Below are positions 28,651-41,646 of a DNA stretch of 64,000 bases, one piece after another. Below the pieces are notes generated by a model. The model was not told where the DNA came from, ran no database searches, and worked only from the letters and a program-made list of their open reading frames with translations. Every line of letters begins with the position of its first letter. The stretch's first letter is position 1. A program made the position numbers and the translations under genes. The stretch is from Octopus sinensis (lineage: Eukaryota), in contig NC_043000.1 of assembly GCF_006345805.1 (NCBI RefSeq), positions 123,256,001-123,320,000 of the forward strand. The letters are read 5' to 3'.

Positions 28651-30136
28651 GAAGAAGAAGAAGATATATATATATATGCATTGATTTATTTGTGTTTTAT
28701 TGATTATTTTCTCTGTTTTTGTAAAGAAAAGTTTATATTTGAAAATATAAAAAAAGAAAAATAAATTCAGATAAACAGGTATATTTTCATAAAATTTTAA
28801 GGTTTTTGTATTGTTAGTGATGTGTTTTATGTATTTTTTAAACTTTGCTCGGCTGATATCTATTTTTTATTAAAGACATGAAAAATTTAAAAATAAAAAA
28901 GAAATACACTATAGAGAAAGACACAAGTATAATAGTTAATTATCAAGTTTTATCAATTATATTCTTCAAACTATTACTTTGAATGCATATTTTATTGCTT
29001 AATAATAAACTGTATACCTCATATTTAATAGTGATAAAACATGTCATCTTGCAACAATGAACTAGCCATGTTTAATATCACCATCAACATTCATTAGCAT
29101 AAGATATATCAATAGCACAAGTAGAAATAAAAGGGAATCTCTTTAATGTTACATCAACCTTAAGACTAAATAACTTTTAGATATGAGAACTAGAAGACAC
29201 TTTTAGTGTTTTTAAAGTTTTAGAGTTAATACCCACCTAATGAGAACAGAAAATTTGCTTTTATTGATTGAGTTTTTTATTTCTAAACATGAAAAATTAT
29301 GTATCTTCTCTCAAAGCAGAGAAATAAAATAGTGCAAGTGATATTATATTTGACTGCAAAGTCTACAACCAACATCTGTACTATTTAATACAAACAAAAT
29401 GTAGGAAATGTTACCTAGAATATGTAAGTCAATGACTTTTGTTACAAATTTAATATTTCACTAAAATTAGTTGTTTTCTGATTCATACAGAGTTCAGATG
29501 CATTTTTATTAATGTAACACTATTTATTAATTTTATGAAATATTTTAGAGCAATGCTTAATCAGATTAGATTTTTAAATTTTTTTGTTTGTTTTTATTGG
29601 AATTTAAAACGATGCCTGAGCAAATAACATTTACATTTAAATAAATGTACAAACACAAATACTTCAGATTATAACAATTTTTCTTTTCCTTTATAATAAT
29701 GTAAATTAGACAAAAATATATTTCAAAATAATAATTTCTCTAAATATAAACTGTAAACAGTTGTTTGAGCATATACATATGTGCAAAGATACACAGACAC
29801 ACACATACATATATACATATATAATTATATATATATGTATATATGTGTATAAATATATATTAGTTGTATATATTCCTAATATATACATTATTTTATATAT
29901 ACATTATATATTAGTTGTGTATATTCCTAAATCAGAAAAATCAGGTGCTTGTATATTAGGTAACAGAGTGGGAATATTTTTCTTTTATGCAGTATTATAA
30001 ATTTAGTCTCAAACCAGCCAATTCATATTCCCAAAAGATTTTGTGTTAAAGAATACTCCAAGTGTGGAAGGGTAATTTAATACTCACCAAGCATCATACA
30101 ATATACTCTCTCATTCTTTAACTTGAATTTTTTCAG

Positions 30137-30160
30137 TAACAAGAACTGGCCATTATGAGG
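30137..30160 (+). CDS. Candidate 24-nt neurexin SS4 microexon (VTRTGHYE)
   Basis: tactctctcattctttaacttgaattttttcAG acceptor, AGG|GTAACT donor; 3n, stop-free in phase 1, ends in G. Confidence 0.6.
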
Positions 30161-32663
30161 GTAACTTTCTAATATAACTTTCTAATACTGTATAAATGAT
30201 ACATATATATATATATATGTATATGTATATATATATATTTATACATTCACACACTTACATATATACATATGCACACAGGACATATATTTCATTAGTTTTT
30301 ACACCCAATTTTCTATGCTGGCATGGTTTGAACAAAGCTTATTGAGATAGTTTTTGTATGGCCTGTTGCTTTCCTGTTATCAACATTTAAAGAGTTCTCT
30401 CAATGCTGCATTTTCTGTGCTTAATTTGCCAGTGAACTGGATGCTTTTTCATGGCATTGGCTCCATTGAGACTGTCTTGCTAGTTAGAGTTCTCACAACT
30501 GAAACAGAGGAAAGAAGACAGGGCAATAACTTTAGCTTTGGAGTTAAGAGAATTTAAGTTATGGATGGGAAGAACAGGTTTAATTTTGTGAGAAGGTGCC
30601 AATAGAGAAGGTAACAGAGATGAGGAAAGCTTGGGAATGGCAAAGAGAAGGAGTAGTATCAGGAGTTAGTGAAATTGAGAGAGGAAGAGCAAGGTAAGGC
30701 TGATGGGCTATGAGAGTAGGCTCAGTGGAGGACTGTATGAGTGAGAGAGAGAGAGATATGAAAGTGAAAAGGGAGCTGAAGAAACTACAAGGAGAGTCAC
30801 TAAAAACAGAGATGCTGGGTACTATCAGAGGGAGATGAGAGAGTAAATGGACAGTATTGGGGCAATGAAGAATTTATAGAAAGAGGACAGGGACCACAAA
30901 AGAAATAAGGCCTGGAGTTGGAACAGTAGATGAATGCAGCAAAAGCAGTGAGAAAAAAGGTAGGAAGGTAGATCAGAGATGGAGGGGTGAATAAAAAATT
31001 GATATAGTAACGGTTATAGATTCCTTTCTACCTTCCTTGCACAAGTCCAGTTCATCTTCATTATGACAAGTCACAAATTGTTGTGATGTTTGTTATTTCC
31101 TCTGTGAGGTTCAGCAACTTCAGATCGGTTTTTCTCCATTTTGTCCCATGTCTTTCTAAGTCTTCTCTTTGTTCATATTGAGTGTTTGATACTTCTTTTA
31201 TGTTACTGTTGTCATCAATATGCATTGTATATCCATACATTAGTCTTCTCTCTTGCATATTACATTTGATTCTTATATACAGATTTTTTCTCAGGTCAAT
31301 TATACTCTGATTCATGCATACTAACATTACACATGCAGTAAACCATGCTCACTTTATTTCTATCTAGTCTTTGCAAATACTGTGCATATATATGTGTATA
31401 TATATATACAAGCAAACTAGATGTTAAGTATAAATAGCATTCCATCAGTTATCCATCTGATTCAATCAGTGGAACAGCCTGCTCTTCAAACTAATGTTTG
31501 AATGGCTGAGCACTCCACAGACAGGCATACTCTTAATGTAGTTCCCAGGGAGACTCAGTATGACACAGAATGTGACAAAGCTGGCCCTTTAAAATACATG
31601 TACTACTAATTTTTGCCAGCTGAATGGACTGAAGCATCATGAAATATAGTGGTGTGTTCCTCAGAGACACAACACACCACCAGGTCATGCACCTTCACTT
31701 ACATATATATGTATATATATATATATAATTATTATTATTATTATTATTATTATTATTTTTATTACAATCATTATTATTATTTCACTTAGGTATAGAAATA
31801 CTACATAACTTAGTGACAGAACTCAATATTCATATGTTTCAGAACAAAGCATCAATCAAGTATAGAGCAGTAATAAGACATTAAAATGAAGGAATGAGGA
31901 ATTGTCATGAACTTCATTAGTTTACATTTTCCAGATAAAATTGTACATGTTTGAAGCTCCACTGATGCTATAGAATGATACACAAGTATTCAACTATGAG
32001 TGCATTGCATCTTATTGCAAAACAGCTGCAATCTAATGCAGTTCATGACATAATCCCTTATTCCATTTTCATTTTCTTTTCATATATATGTATATATATA
32101 GTCATAGACATTACTTCTCAAGCACATGGTTTTGAGTGCAGTCCCACTGTGCACTACCTTGAGCAAGTGTCTACTATGATAGTCATGAGTGATCAAAGTA
32201 CTAACAGTGTGTGTGTGAGAGAGCGAAAGAGAGAGAGTGTTTTCATATATTGTTCATTTTTTAAATTTCATTATTCCATGTTATCATTGGTTATTATTAT
32301 TAGCATTGTTTTATTGCTGGATACCCTTCCTGTCACTAACATTTACCTGTTTTTGAAAGGAATCTCCTCATATGTCAGACATTTTCAAAGATGTTGACAA
32401 AGAAATGACATTGTCACTAGTTGTAGCTCACAGTATTCAGAGAATATGTAAAGACACAAACAGATACATGTGCATGAACATGCACACACATACACATACA
32501 TGAATATGATGGGCATCTTTCAGTTCCCATCTACCAAATACATATGATTTTGGCTGACTCAAGCTATAGCAGAGGGCACTTGACCAAGGTGTCATGTAAG
32601 GGAACTGGACCTACAACCAAATAGTTTGGAAACAAACTTTTTAACAAACTAACCAACCTGTAT

Positions 32664-32738
<75 letters not shown>

Positions 32739-32741
<3 letters not shown>

Positions 32742-35142
32742 GGACCAGCTATCCGAGGGACCAGCTAACAGAGGGACCAGCTATCCGAGTTGATAGTTCC
32801 GTGGTAGCTAAGGCAATTAGAAGCACGAAGACAGGAAAAGCCCCAGGCCCATCAGGAATCACTGCAGAGATGCTCAAAATGTCTGGTAGTGTCGGCTATA
32901 GCCTAGTCACCCATATAGTTAATCAGGTGATACACAAAGGAGTCATACCCAATGACTGGTGTAGCAGCATAATAGTCAACTGCTACAAAGGTAAAGGTGA
33001 CGCCCTAGATACAAATAACTACAGAGGTATCAAGCTGTTGGATCAGGTGATGAAGGTTACGGAGAGGGTCATAGCCCAACTAATTAGAGAGAGAGTTAGT
33101 TTAGATGAGATGCAGTTTGGGTTTGTGCCAGGGAAAAGTACTACTGATGCTATATTCCTGGTAAGGCAGCTGCAGGAGAAATACCTAGCCAAAGATAAGC
33201 CCTTGTACCTGGCTTTTGTTGACATGGAGAAAGCCTTCGACAGGGTCCCTCGATCCCTTATCTGGTGGGCAATGAGGAAACTAGAGATAGATGAATGGTT
33301 AGTGAGAGCTGTGCGGGCCATGTATAGGGACGCTGCTAGTAGGGTGAGGGTTGGAAAGAGTACAGTGAAGAATTCTGGGTAGAGGTAGGGATCCACCAAG
33401 GCTCAGTACTCAGCCCCCTCCTATTTATCATAGTCCTCCAGGCAATAACGGAGGAATTCAAGACAGGATGCCCTTGGGAGCTCCTCTATGCTGATGACCT
33501 TGCTCTAATTGCTGAGTCGCTATCAGAACTGGAGGAGAAGTTTCAGGTGTGGAAACAAGGATTAGAATTGAAGGGCCTCAGAGTCAATCTAGCTAAAACC
33601 AAAGTCGTAATCAGTAGGAAGGTAGACAAATCACAAACGCCTTCAGGTAGATGGCCCTGCTCGATCTGTAGAAAAGGTGTAGGTAGAAACTCTATTTCAA
33701 GATGCACCAAGTGTAAGCTATGGACACATAAGAGGTGCAGCAATGTCAAAGGAAGGCTAACTAGGAAGATGGTTTTTGTATGTGGCAGATGCTCAGGAAC
33801 AATAAACACTGAAAATGCTCTGAGACCAACTTCCGTCACTTTCCAGGGAGAAAAACTAGAAATAGTTGATAGTTTCCGTTACCTAGGTGACCAAGTCAGC
33901 AGCGGGGGCGGGTGTGCTGAAAGTGTAACTGCTAGAGTAAGAATAGCTTGGGCAAAGTTCAGAGAGCTCTTACCTCTGCTGGTGACAAAAGGCCTCTCAC
34001 ACAGAGTGAAAGGCAGACTGTATGATGCGTGTGTACGAACAGCCATGCTACATGGCAGTGAAACATGGGCCGTGACTGCTGAGGATATGCGTAAGCTCGC
34101 AAGAAATGAAGCCAGTATGCTCCGATGGATGTGTAATGTCAGTGTTCATAATCGACAGAGTGTAAGTACCTTGAGAGAAAAGCTGGACCTAAGAAGCATC
34201 AGTTGTGGTGTGCAAGAGAGACGATTGCGCTGGTATGGTCATGTGGCAAGAATGGATGAAGATAGTTGTGTGAAAAAGTGCCACACCCTAGCGGTTGAGG
34301 GAACCTGTGGAAGAGGCAGACCCAGGAAAACCTGGGACGAGGTGGTGAAGCACGACCTTCGAACTTTAGGTCTCACTGAGGAAATGACTAGAGACCGAGT
34401 CCTCTGGAAGTGTGCTGTGCGCGAGAAGACCTGGCAGGACAAGTGAGTCCATAACCCGTGGCCTTCTACTTGGGATGGAGCCAGCCTACGTATGCATACC
34501 TTCCCTTCTTGGGACACAAAACTCTACTTGTGAAGACCTGTTGAGGCAAGTGAGGATCAGAATCGAAATCGATCAATGGAAATTGCAGATGTGTTACCAA
34601 TGCTGGTGGCATGTTGATACTCTACTTGTGAAGACCCGTTGAGGCAAGTGAGGATCAGAATGGAAATCAATCAATGGAAATTGCAGATGTGTTACCAGTG
34701 CCGGTGGCATGTCGAAACTCTACTTGTGAAGACCCGTTGAGGCAAGTGAGGATCAGAATGGAAATCGATCAATGGAAATTGCAGATGTGTTACCAGTGCC
34801 GGTGGCATGTAAGAGAACCTTCCGTTTCGCGACCGTTGCCAGTACCGCCCCGTTTCGTGTCCGTTGCCAGCCTCGCCTGGCTCTTGTGCCGGTGGCACAT
34901 AAAAAGCACCATCCGTTCGTGGCCGTTTGCCAGCTCTGTCTGGCACCTGTGCGGGTGGCACGTAAAAAGCACCCACTACACTCACGGAGTGGTTGGCGTT
35001 AGGAAGGGCATCCAGCCGTAGAAACACTGCCAGATTTGACTGGGCCTGATGAAGCCTTCTGGCTTCACAGACCCCAGTAGAACCGTCCAACCCATGCTAG
35101 CATGGAAAACGGACGCTAAACGACGATGATGATGATGATGAT
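32739..35142 (+). mobile_element. 5'-truncated RTE-clade LINE (RT domain, 3' UTR, (GAT)n tail); one frameshift near 33355-33360
   Basis: ORFs 32801-33382 and continuation to 34446 contain GKAPGPSGI, YRGIKLL, QFGFVPGKST, AFVDMEKAFDRV, HQGSVLSPLLF, YADD, FRYLG, RRLRWYGHVARM, GRGRPRKTW; ends aaacgacgatgatgatgat. Confidence 0.95.
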
Positions 35143-35712
35143 AAGGCACACTTGTTATATTTTTAAATGTATCAAAGAGTTATTCTGTGTCTAATGCTGC
35201 TGTATTACAGATAGGAGACTGAGTGTTATAGGCTAGGGGATGAACGTAAGTCCACTAGGTACAATGACTGTTATGTAAAAAAGAAATATTGAAAACAAGC
35301 CAAAATAGTCTGTAAGCACAGACTCAAAAAAATTGCTTCTAGTACATCACATCATTCTACTTCCTTCCACAGTACCCATAGCCCATACCTAATATATGTC
35401 TTACCTTGTTGAATGACTGTTACTTTTAAGAAACATTTTTTAATTATTTAAATGAAAATTATAGGAGCCACTTGTCAGCTATTTTAATGAGTGGGTAACA
35501 GCAAAACCATAGTGATGGTGTGCCATCCAGGTTGCCAATCACAGTAACATTAAACAACATAGCCAAAAGTTTTACATTCTGCTTGACAATTCTCTTGGTC
35601 TGTAAGAAGATAATGTTGAAATATGGTACTTGTACAACATAGTTTATGTATGAATATACACACACATGCATGCACACACACATGCACACACACACAAACA
35701 TGCATGTGCATG

Positions 35713-35743
<31 letters not shown>

Positions 35744-36184
35744 ATCAAATAAACTCCGTAGTAGTTGGTGTTAGTCTGTGTCAGCAAGACTTAAATTATA
35801 TAGTAAAATTGATAAGAAGAGTACAATGAACTTGCCATGAGGAGGGAAAATTAGAAATGAGAGAAATAAATGAAATCTTTTAAGTTAAAAAAATCTGGCT
35901 GCAACTGATAAGAAATGCAGGACCTTGTGAGCTTCATATGTGAACAAGAAGTAGTAGGTGAAATCATGTAAGAAGGGAGAAGGTAAGAGTAATGGAATAG
36001 GAGAAGCAGACTAAGTTGAGAGTGAGATGAAGGCAAAAGATGAAGAGAGAAGAAAGTTGAAGGATACAAAAGAGTTTAAGGAATTAAGACGAGGTGTAAG
36101 AGTAGAAGGAAAACTGTTCATTTAAACCTGCTGACATTTGAACTGCATGTTATTTTCTCTGCTCACCTGTATATTGCATTCAGG

Positions 36185-36345
36185 TGTTTTTTTCAGTTTT
36201 AGGATGTTACCAGCGTCCCTGACCACCTTTGATACTTTTGTATCATCAGCATAGCTGGTAAGAGTGACTTACTGTATGTCTGAAAGTGTATCTGAGAGAT
36301 CCATCACAAACAATAGTGGTCCCAGTATATTTCCCTGATGGATTC
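36185..36345 (-). mobile_element. CR1/L2-type RT fragment
   Basis: Minus strand GNILGPLLFVMDLSD...VTLTSYADDTKVSKVVRDAGNI (RT core); adjoined at about 36345-36410 by a + strand RTE scrap (MDEDSCVKKCHTL). Confidence 0.8.
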
Positions 36346-38872
36346 TGCTGCATGGATGAGGACAGCTGTGTGAAGAAGTGTCACACTCTAACAGTAGAGG
36401 GAGCTTGTGAAAGTGTGTGTGTGTGTGATTCCCTACCATGGATGAAACAGTCTTTTACAATTTGATAGATATGTCAAGGCACTGAGAGTGATTGTAGAAG
36501 GAAGAGAAGTGATGGGAAAATGGGTTGGGGGGAGTTTTGATAAGGGGGAACAAACTGTTGGGTAGTGTAGAGATATAAAGAACCTGCCTGTATGACTTCA
36601 ATTTTACTTAGCTGGGTGTGTCTTCTTAAGCACAGCAAATCACCAGATGTCTTGGATCTTACTTGGAAACAGGTAAGGGTTGGTGACAGGAAGGGCATCC
36701 AGTTACAGAAAATCTGTTGCAACAAACTCTATCTAATCTATGCAAGCACTGGAAAGTGGATGTTAAAATGATGGTAGAGATGATGATAATGATATATATA
36801 TATATATATATATATATCTGATGATGACAACGACGATATATGCATACAGATGCATATATACATATATATACACATGTGTGTATAAGCATAATTATATGTG
36901 TGTGTGTGTGTGTGTGTATCCAGAAAGAGAGAAGGGGACAATGAATAGACAGAGATTTGCAGTTATTAGTCACTTATTAAAATACGTATTTTACTATTTT
37001 TACCTTATCAATAAATCAGATATAATTGTAGTGCATATTGTCGGGTAAGTTACTGTTTTTTCTGGTTTGAAATATATTCAAACATTACCAATAACAACTT
37101 TTCGATTAGAATAGGTATTTTGTGTAATTATTGTACTTTTCTTTGATTATCACATGATAATGTAAAGTAGTTGTCACATCTCTCCATATTTCATGAAATA
37201 TTATGAGAGTTCTAGATATTTGTGCAATTATCAGTTATGCTATTTCTTCGTGAATTCATCTTCATTTTCACTGGAATGACTCTTATATTGCATCTTATGC
37301 ATCTCAGTTTCTTTTTCTCATGTCTGTGGCTCATTGTTCTCTTATTGTTAGAACTAATTATTCCATATCATTATTAGAAAACAATTTTGCTCCTGGGACA
37401 TATCCATCTTCACCATCTCTGTGTAGTTACTTTACTCTTTTGTGCTCAGACACTATTACAATTTACTTATTCTCTTCCTTATATTTTAATATACCAATAC
37501 TTTACATAGACTGTTTTTCTCTGATAAGAGAAAGCCTTTGTTGTTAGTTGAAAAAAAGAAATACCAAAACTTCAATCCTTATTTACAGATACTATCAATA
37601 ATTAACATTTAGCACACTATCATCTAATTATCATTATATGTCTAATCAGAGAGATCATTGGAGCAGTGTAGGTTTAATTGTATGGCTACAAAGGCTATCA
37701 GTTGTATCAGTGCATATAAGGTGCTTAAATTTCTAGTTCCATAATAGTTTCTCAGAGATGTTCACCTTCCATTCATCTACTAATACCAACTAGCATGTTA
37801 GATTTGGCTATGTCTGTTTTGTAGGCTTGAGTCAAAATTAAAATTTTGCAGTTTAATAAAGATTTCTGCTTCAAAATTGTGTGTGTGAGAGAGAGAGAAA
37901 AAGAAAGAGAGAGATTCCCTACCATGGATGAAACAGTTTTTAAAAATTTAGTTATTTGTCAACAAATGGGACTAGTAGTTACAGCTCAAAACACTTTTAT
38001 TTTAATCATTTAAATGGAATACATTGATGGCATGTATTATTTGCAGGACAACTGGGACAAAAATAATGTCTGGCTAAAGAACACAACATGAAATGCATGC
38101 TAAGTTTGAACTCATAACAGTTTAGTTTATAATCTCATTTAGCCTTACAAAATGTAATTTCACAACCAGATTAAAATTTACATAACATTAAGTAATTAAT
38201 GGAAAACTCTGCACTTAAACATTTTGGAATATATCCATGTATCCAACAGTGAAAGTATTTTTTTTTTTTTTGAAAATCAAGTATTTAATGAAGGAAATAT
38301 AGTGTCGTTTGGGTTAACTGTTACCTTAGGTACAAATTCCATAACAATGACATTTTTATGTTAGAATTGTTTATTTATTATTCATATCTTCCTATGCCAA
38401 GTTTTATTTTGATAATAATGTAATTATACTTGATTTTATTTTAAATAAAAAATGTTTATCCATAAAAATGTACCATGGTTTTTTCACTAACAAAATATTT
38501 TATATTTTTATTTAATGTAAAAAATTGTAAAAAAAATGAAAACTTTTCAAAATATTTTCTTAAATATCATAAACTATTTTAAACAATCTTCTTCAAAATT
38601 CACTTTTTACATTGAGATGTTTTGTTTAACACTTTTTTCCTTTTATTCCAATTGCTGTAATTAGCTGGACCTATTATATTTTGTACCAGCGTCCCTACAA
38701 AAAATCATCTGTTTGAATGATACTATTTTGTAAACACATGAACGTTGTAGCCAATATATTGTTTCCTTCAAGATTGTTTTTTTCTGATGATCATATTTAT
38801 TTCAACAGAGTTAATTTGATGTTTGAGTGTAAACACAAACATACATATATACATACATGCATACATATATAT

Positions 38873-38926
<54 letters not shown>

Positions 38927-39164
38927 ATGTATATTTTGTATAGTACATATACATTTTTTATTATGCATACACATATTATACATATACACACACACATATA
39001 TATATAATATATATATATATACACTTCTATGTAAATAGATATTATATATATGTATGTAGATATATATGTATTATATATATACATCATATATACACAATCC
39101 TATATTGTAAGCATATACATACAATATATATACATATATATGTATATATTCATGTATATCATAT

Positions 39165-39197
<33 letters not shown>

Positions 39198-41628
39198 GTA
39201 TGTATTATATATATATGTATTGTATCTGCATGTATATACAAGCAATAGGATGCAGTAAAATCAAAATTAAGTAACACATCTTTTGTGAATATCAAATGAT
39301 TGAAATCTTATTACAATAAACGAAATATAGTTTGATAAAATGTTTGAAATATATGAAAACAAACTGAGATGGTATCTACTAAGTTAAGCTAAAACACTTA
39401 GGATTAGTAAAAAAGGATAATAAATTAATTTCTATTTGATAAGCTTCTCCAAAGTTTGTATAACTCCCCACACACATACACACACACACACATATATATA
39501 TGATCACACAAGTACACATATACCATTTATGTCACTCTATCTCCAAATGTTTATGCCATGTATAATTTGGCTTATATTTAGATTATCATGTTTTGTGTTC
39601 TATGAATTATAGAATATTCATGTTTTGCAAATGCTGTGAGATATATGTACATACAAGCACATTTTTGAATATTATGACTCTTTTACTTGTCCTTTTTGGT
39701 GATTGCAAGTAATATAGATAATATCTGTGCAAAAATATGTTGAGTCAAAGTTTTTTGTAATTTGACATAATTGATATTCATATACCACAGTTTGATTCAG
39801 TTGTCATATTCAACTGCCATCTTTTCTATTAAATGCTGGGTAATTAATTTAGTTAAATGAGTTTATCTCCCCATTACTCTTTAACATATTGTTCTAAGGA
39901 TATATTATTTAACAAGATTTTGTATCTTTAATACATTTCTGGTAAGTTTGAAAATTAATGTCATACATCCCTGCAGATATCTACAAACTGTTATGTTGGA
40001 TATGACTTTAACAAATGGTCACATGATCAAGTACGTTTGCACAGTTCATTGGTTACCTTAGAATGATTTATTTTTTTAGAACAAATCTTACTAGGTATAT
40101 ATGTGGCACTTTGGTTATTGAACTTAAGAGCCTAGCTGATCTTAATTATTTCTTTCAATATGGCAAGAAGCTAAAATTTGGCGCTCTTGTATATTTCATT
40201 GCATGTGTAGCAAAATTTATTTTTTGCCCATGCTTTTTAAATAAATAAAAGAGATAAACAGTAAAACTCAATACTCCAACTGCAAATGTCCTTCAAGTAA
40301 AAACTATACCTTGTAATGAATTAATTATTCAGCAAATATCTTAGAAATCTTAAATAATTAGTCAGAATCATCTATAATATTAGTTATTCACAAGTTTTGC
40401 AAAAAGTATATATTTTGCTTTTATTTTATAGAATAGGCTAGCACTCACTATTGATTCTCAGTATGAACTATTTCACTTCAAAATACTAATCTTTTGGGAA
40501 AAGCAAAACCATTATGATTTTACCATCATGATTCCTCTAGGGTCTCGTACTTTAGTAAGAAATAATTATTTTGGTAATCAAATGTGCTTTCTGTTTATAT
40601 TCAAATAAAGCATTTATTCATTAGATTACTGAATTTTACTTACAAACAGTTTTTTTTTTCTTCAAACTTTATTTACTTTAGATATGTTCACTCTTTGAAA
40701 ATATTCTAACAAATTTGACATTCTGCTGAAGTATTAAGTTTTAATTTATATATTTTGAATTCAGAAAAATCTGTAAATCTAATTCATAATGCTATACTCA
40801 TAAAACTTGAGATACCAAAAGATGCCTCTTCTATAAAAACAGCTCAATGACTGAGTACAGAATATTTTACACACACACATATATACATGTGTGTGTGAGT
40901 GCGTGGAGAGAGTTTATATACTTCTCTTTTTGGTAAGGAAAATTTTGTTGTTATGAAAACTGGAATAATATATAGAGTTACAACAATTATGTGTAAATTT
41001 TGATAATTTTGTATTTTTTCAAGCAAACATGTAAACATTTTTTGTACCTTGGAGTGCATTTCCAATATATTTATAATACTTCTGTAAAATATGTATCTGA
41101 TTTTCCTGCTAATTCTAGAGTTTCTTTAAAAATTTATTTCCATGTGAAGACTAAATTGTACTTTTAATTGGAACTTAACTAGATATATTTAAAAAATGAA
41201 TTTACATAAAGGTTAAATTTTAGAATCATTCCCATGAAGGAAAGAAAAACTATTTCTTATTGTTTATCAAACATAAATTAAAATTCCATGAGTTAATATA
41301 ATTTTTATATTACAACAAATGCTATCATAAAACTAAATTTGTAATATTCAAATATGTTATATATTTCAAAATTTTTTTTTTAATCATTGTGTTTCATTCT
41401 AAAATATGTAATAATAAATTAACCTTAATTACTGATCTCAGTGAGATGACTAGTAAATATAATAGCCAAATTTTTATACAAAAAATACAGTTATAAAACA
41501 AGTATTGATTCTGACATGATATGAAAGCAAATGTTTTCAAAATTATCAAGTAAATTTCTATATAGATCAACCAAATTAAATGCTAATAATAAAGCAAATA
41601 TTTATCTTCTTTTTTTTTTTCATGTTAG

Positions 41629-41646
41629 AAAATTACCAGATAGCTG
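41629..41646 (+). CDS. Candidate 18-nt neurexin SS4 microexon (ENYQIA)
   Basis: tgctaat branch-like motif at 41581, long T tract, catgttAG acceptor, CTG|GTAACT donor; 3n, stop-free in phase 1, ends in G. Confidence 0.6.

Noticed and set aside
36203-36257. Good acceptor and GTAAGA donor pair
   Set aside because: Antisense of a LINE RT (YADD) fragment; 55 nt with an in-frame stop.
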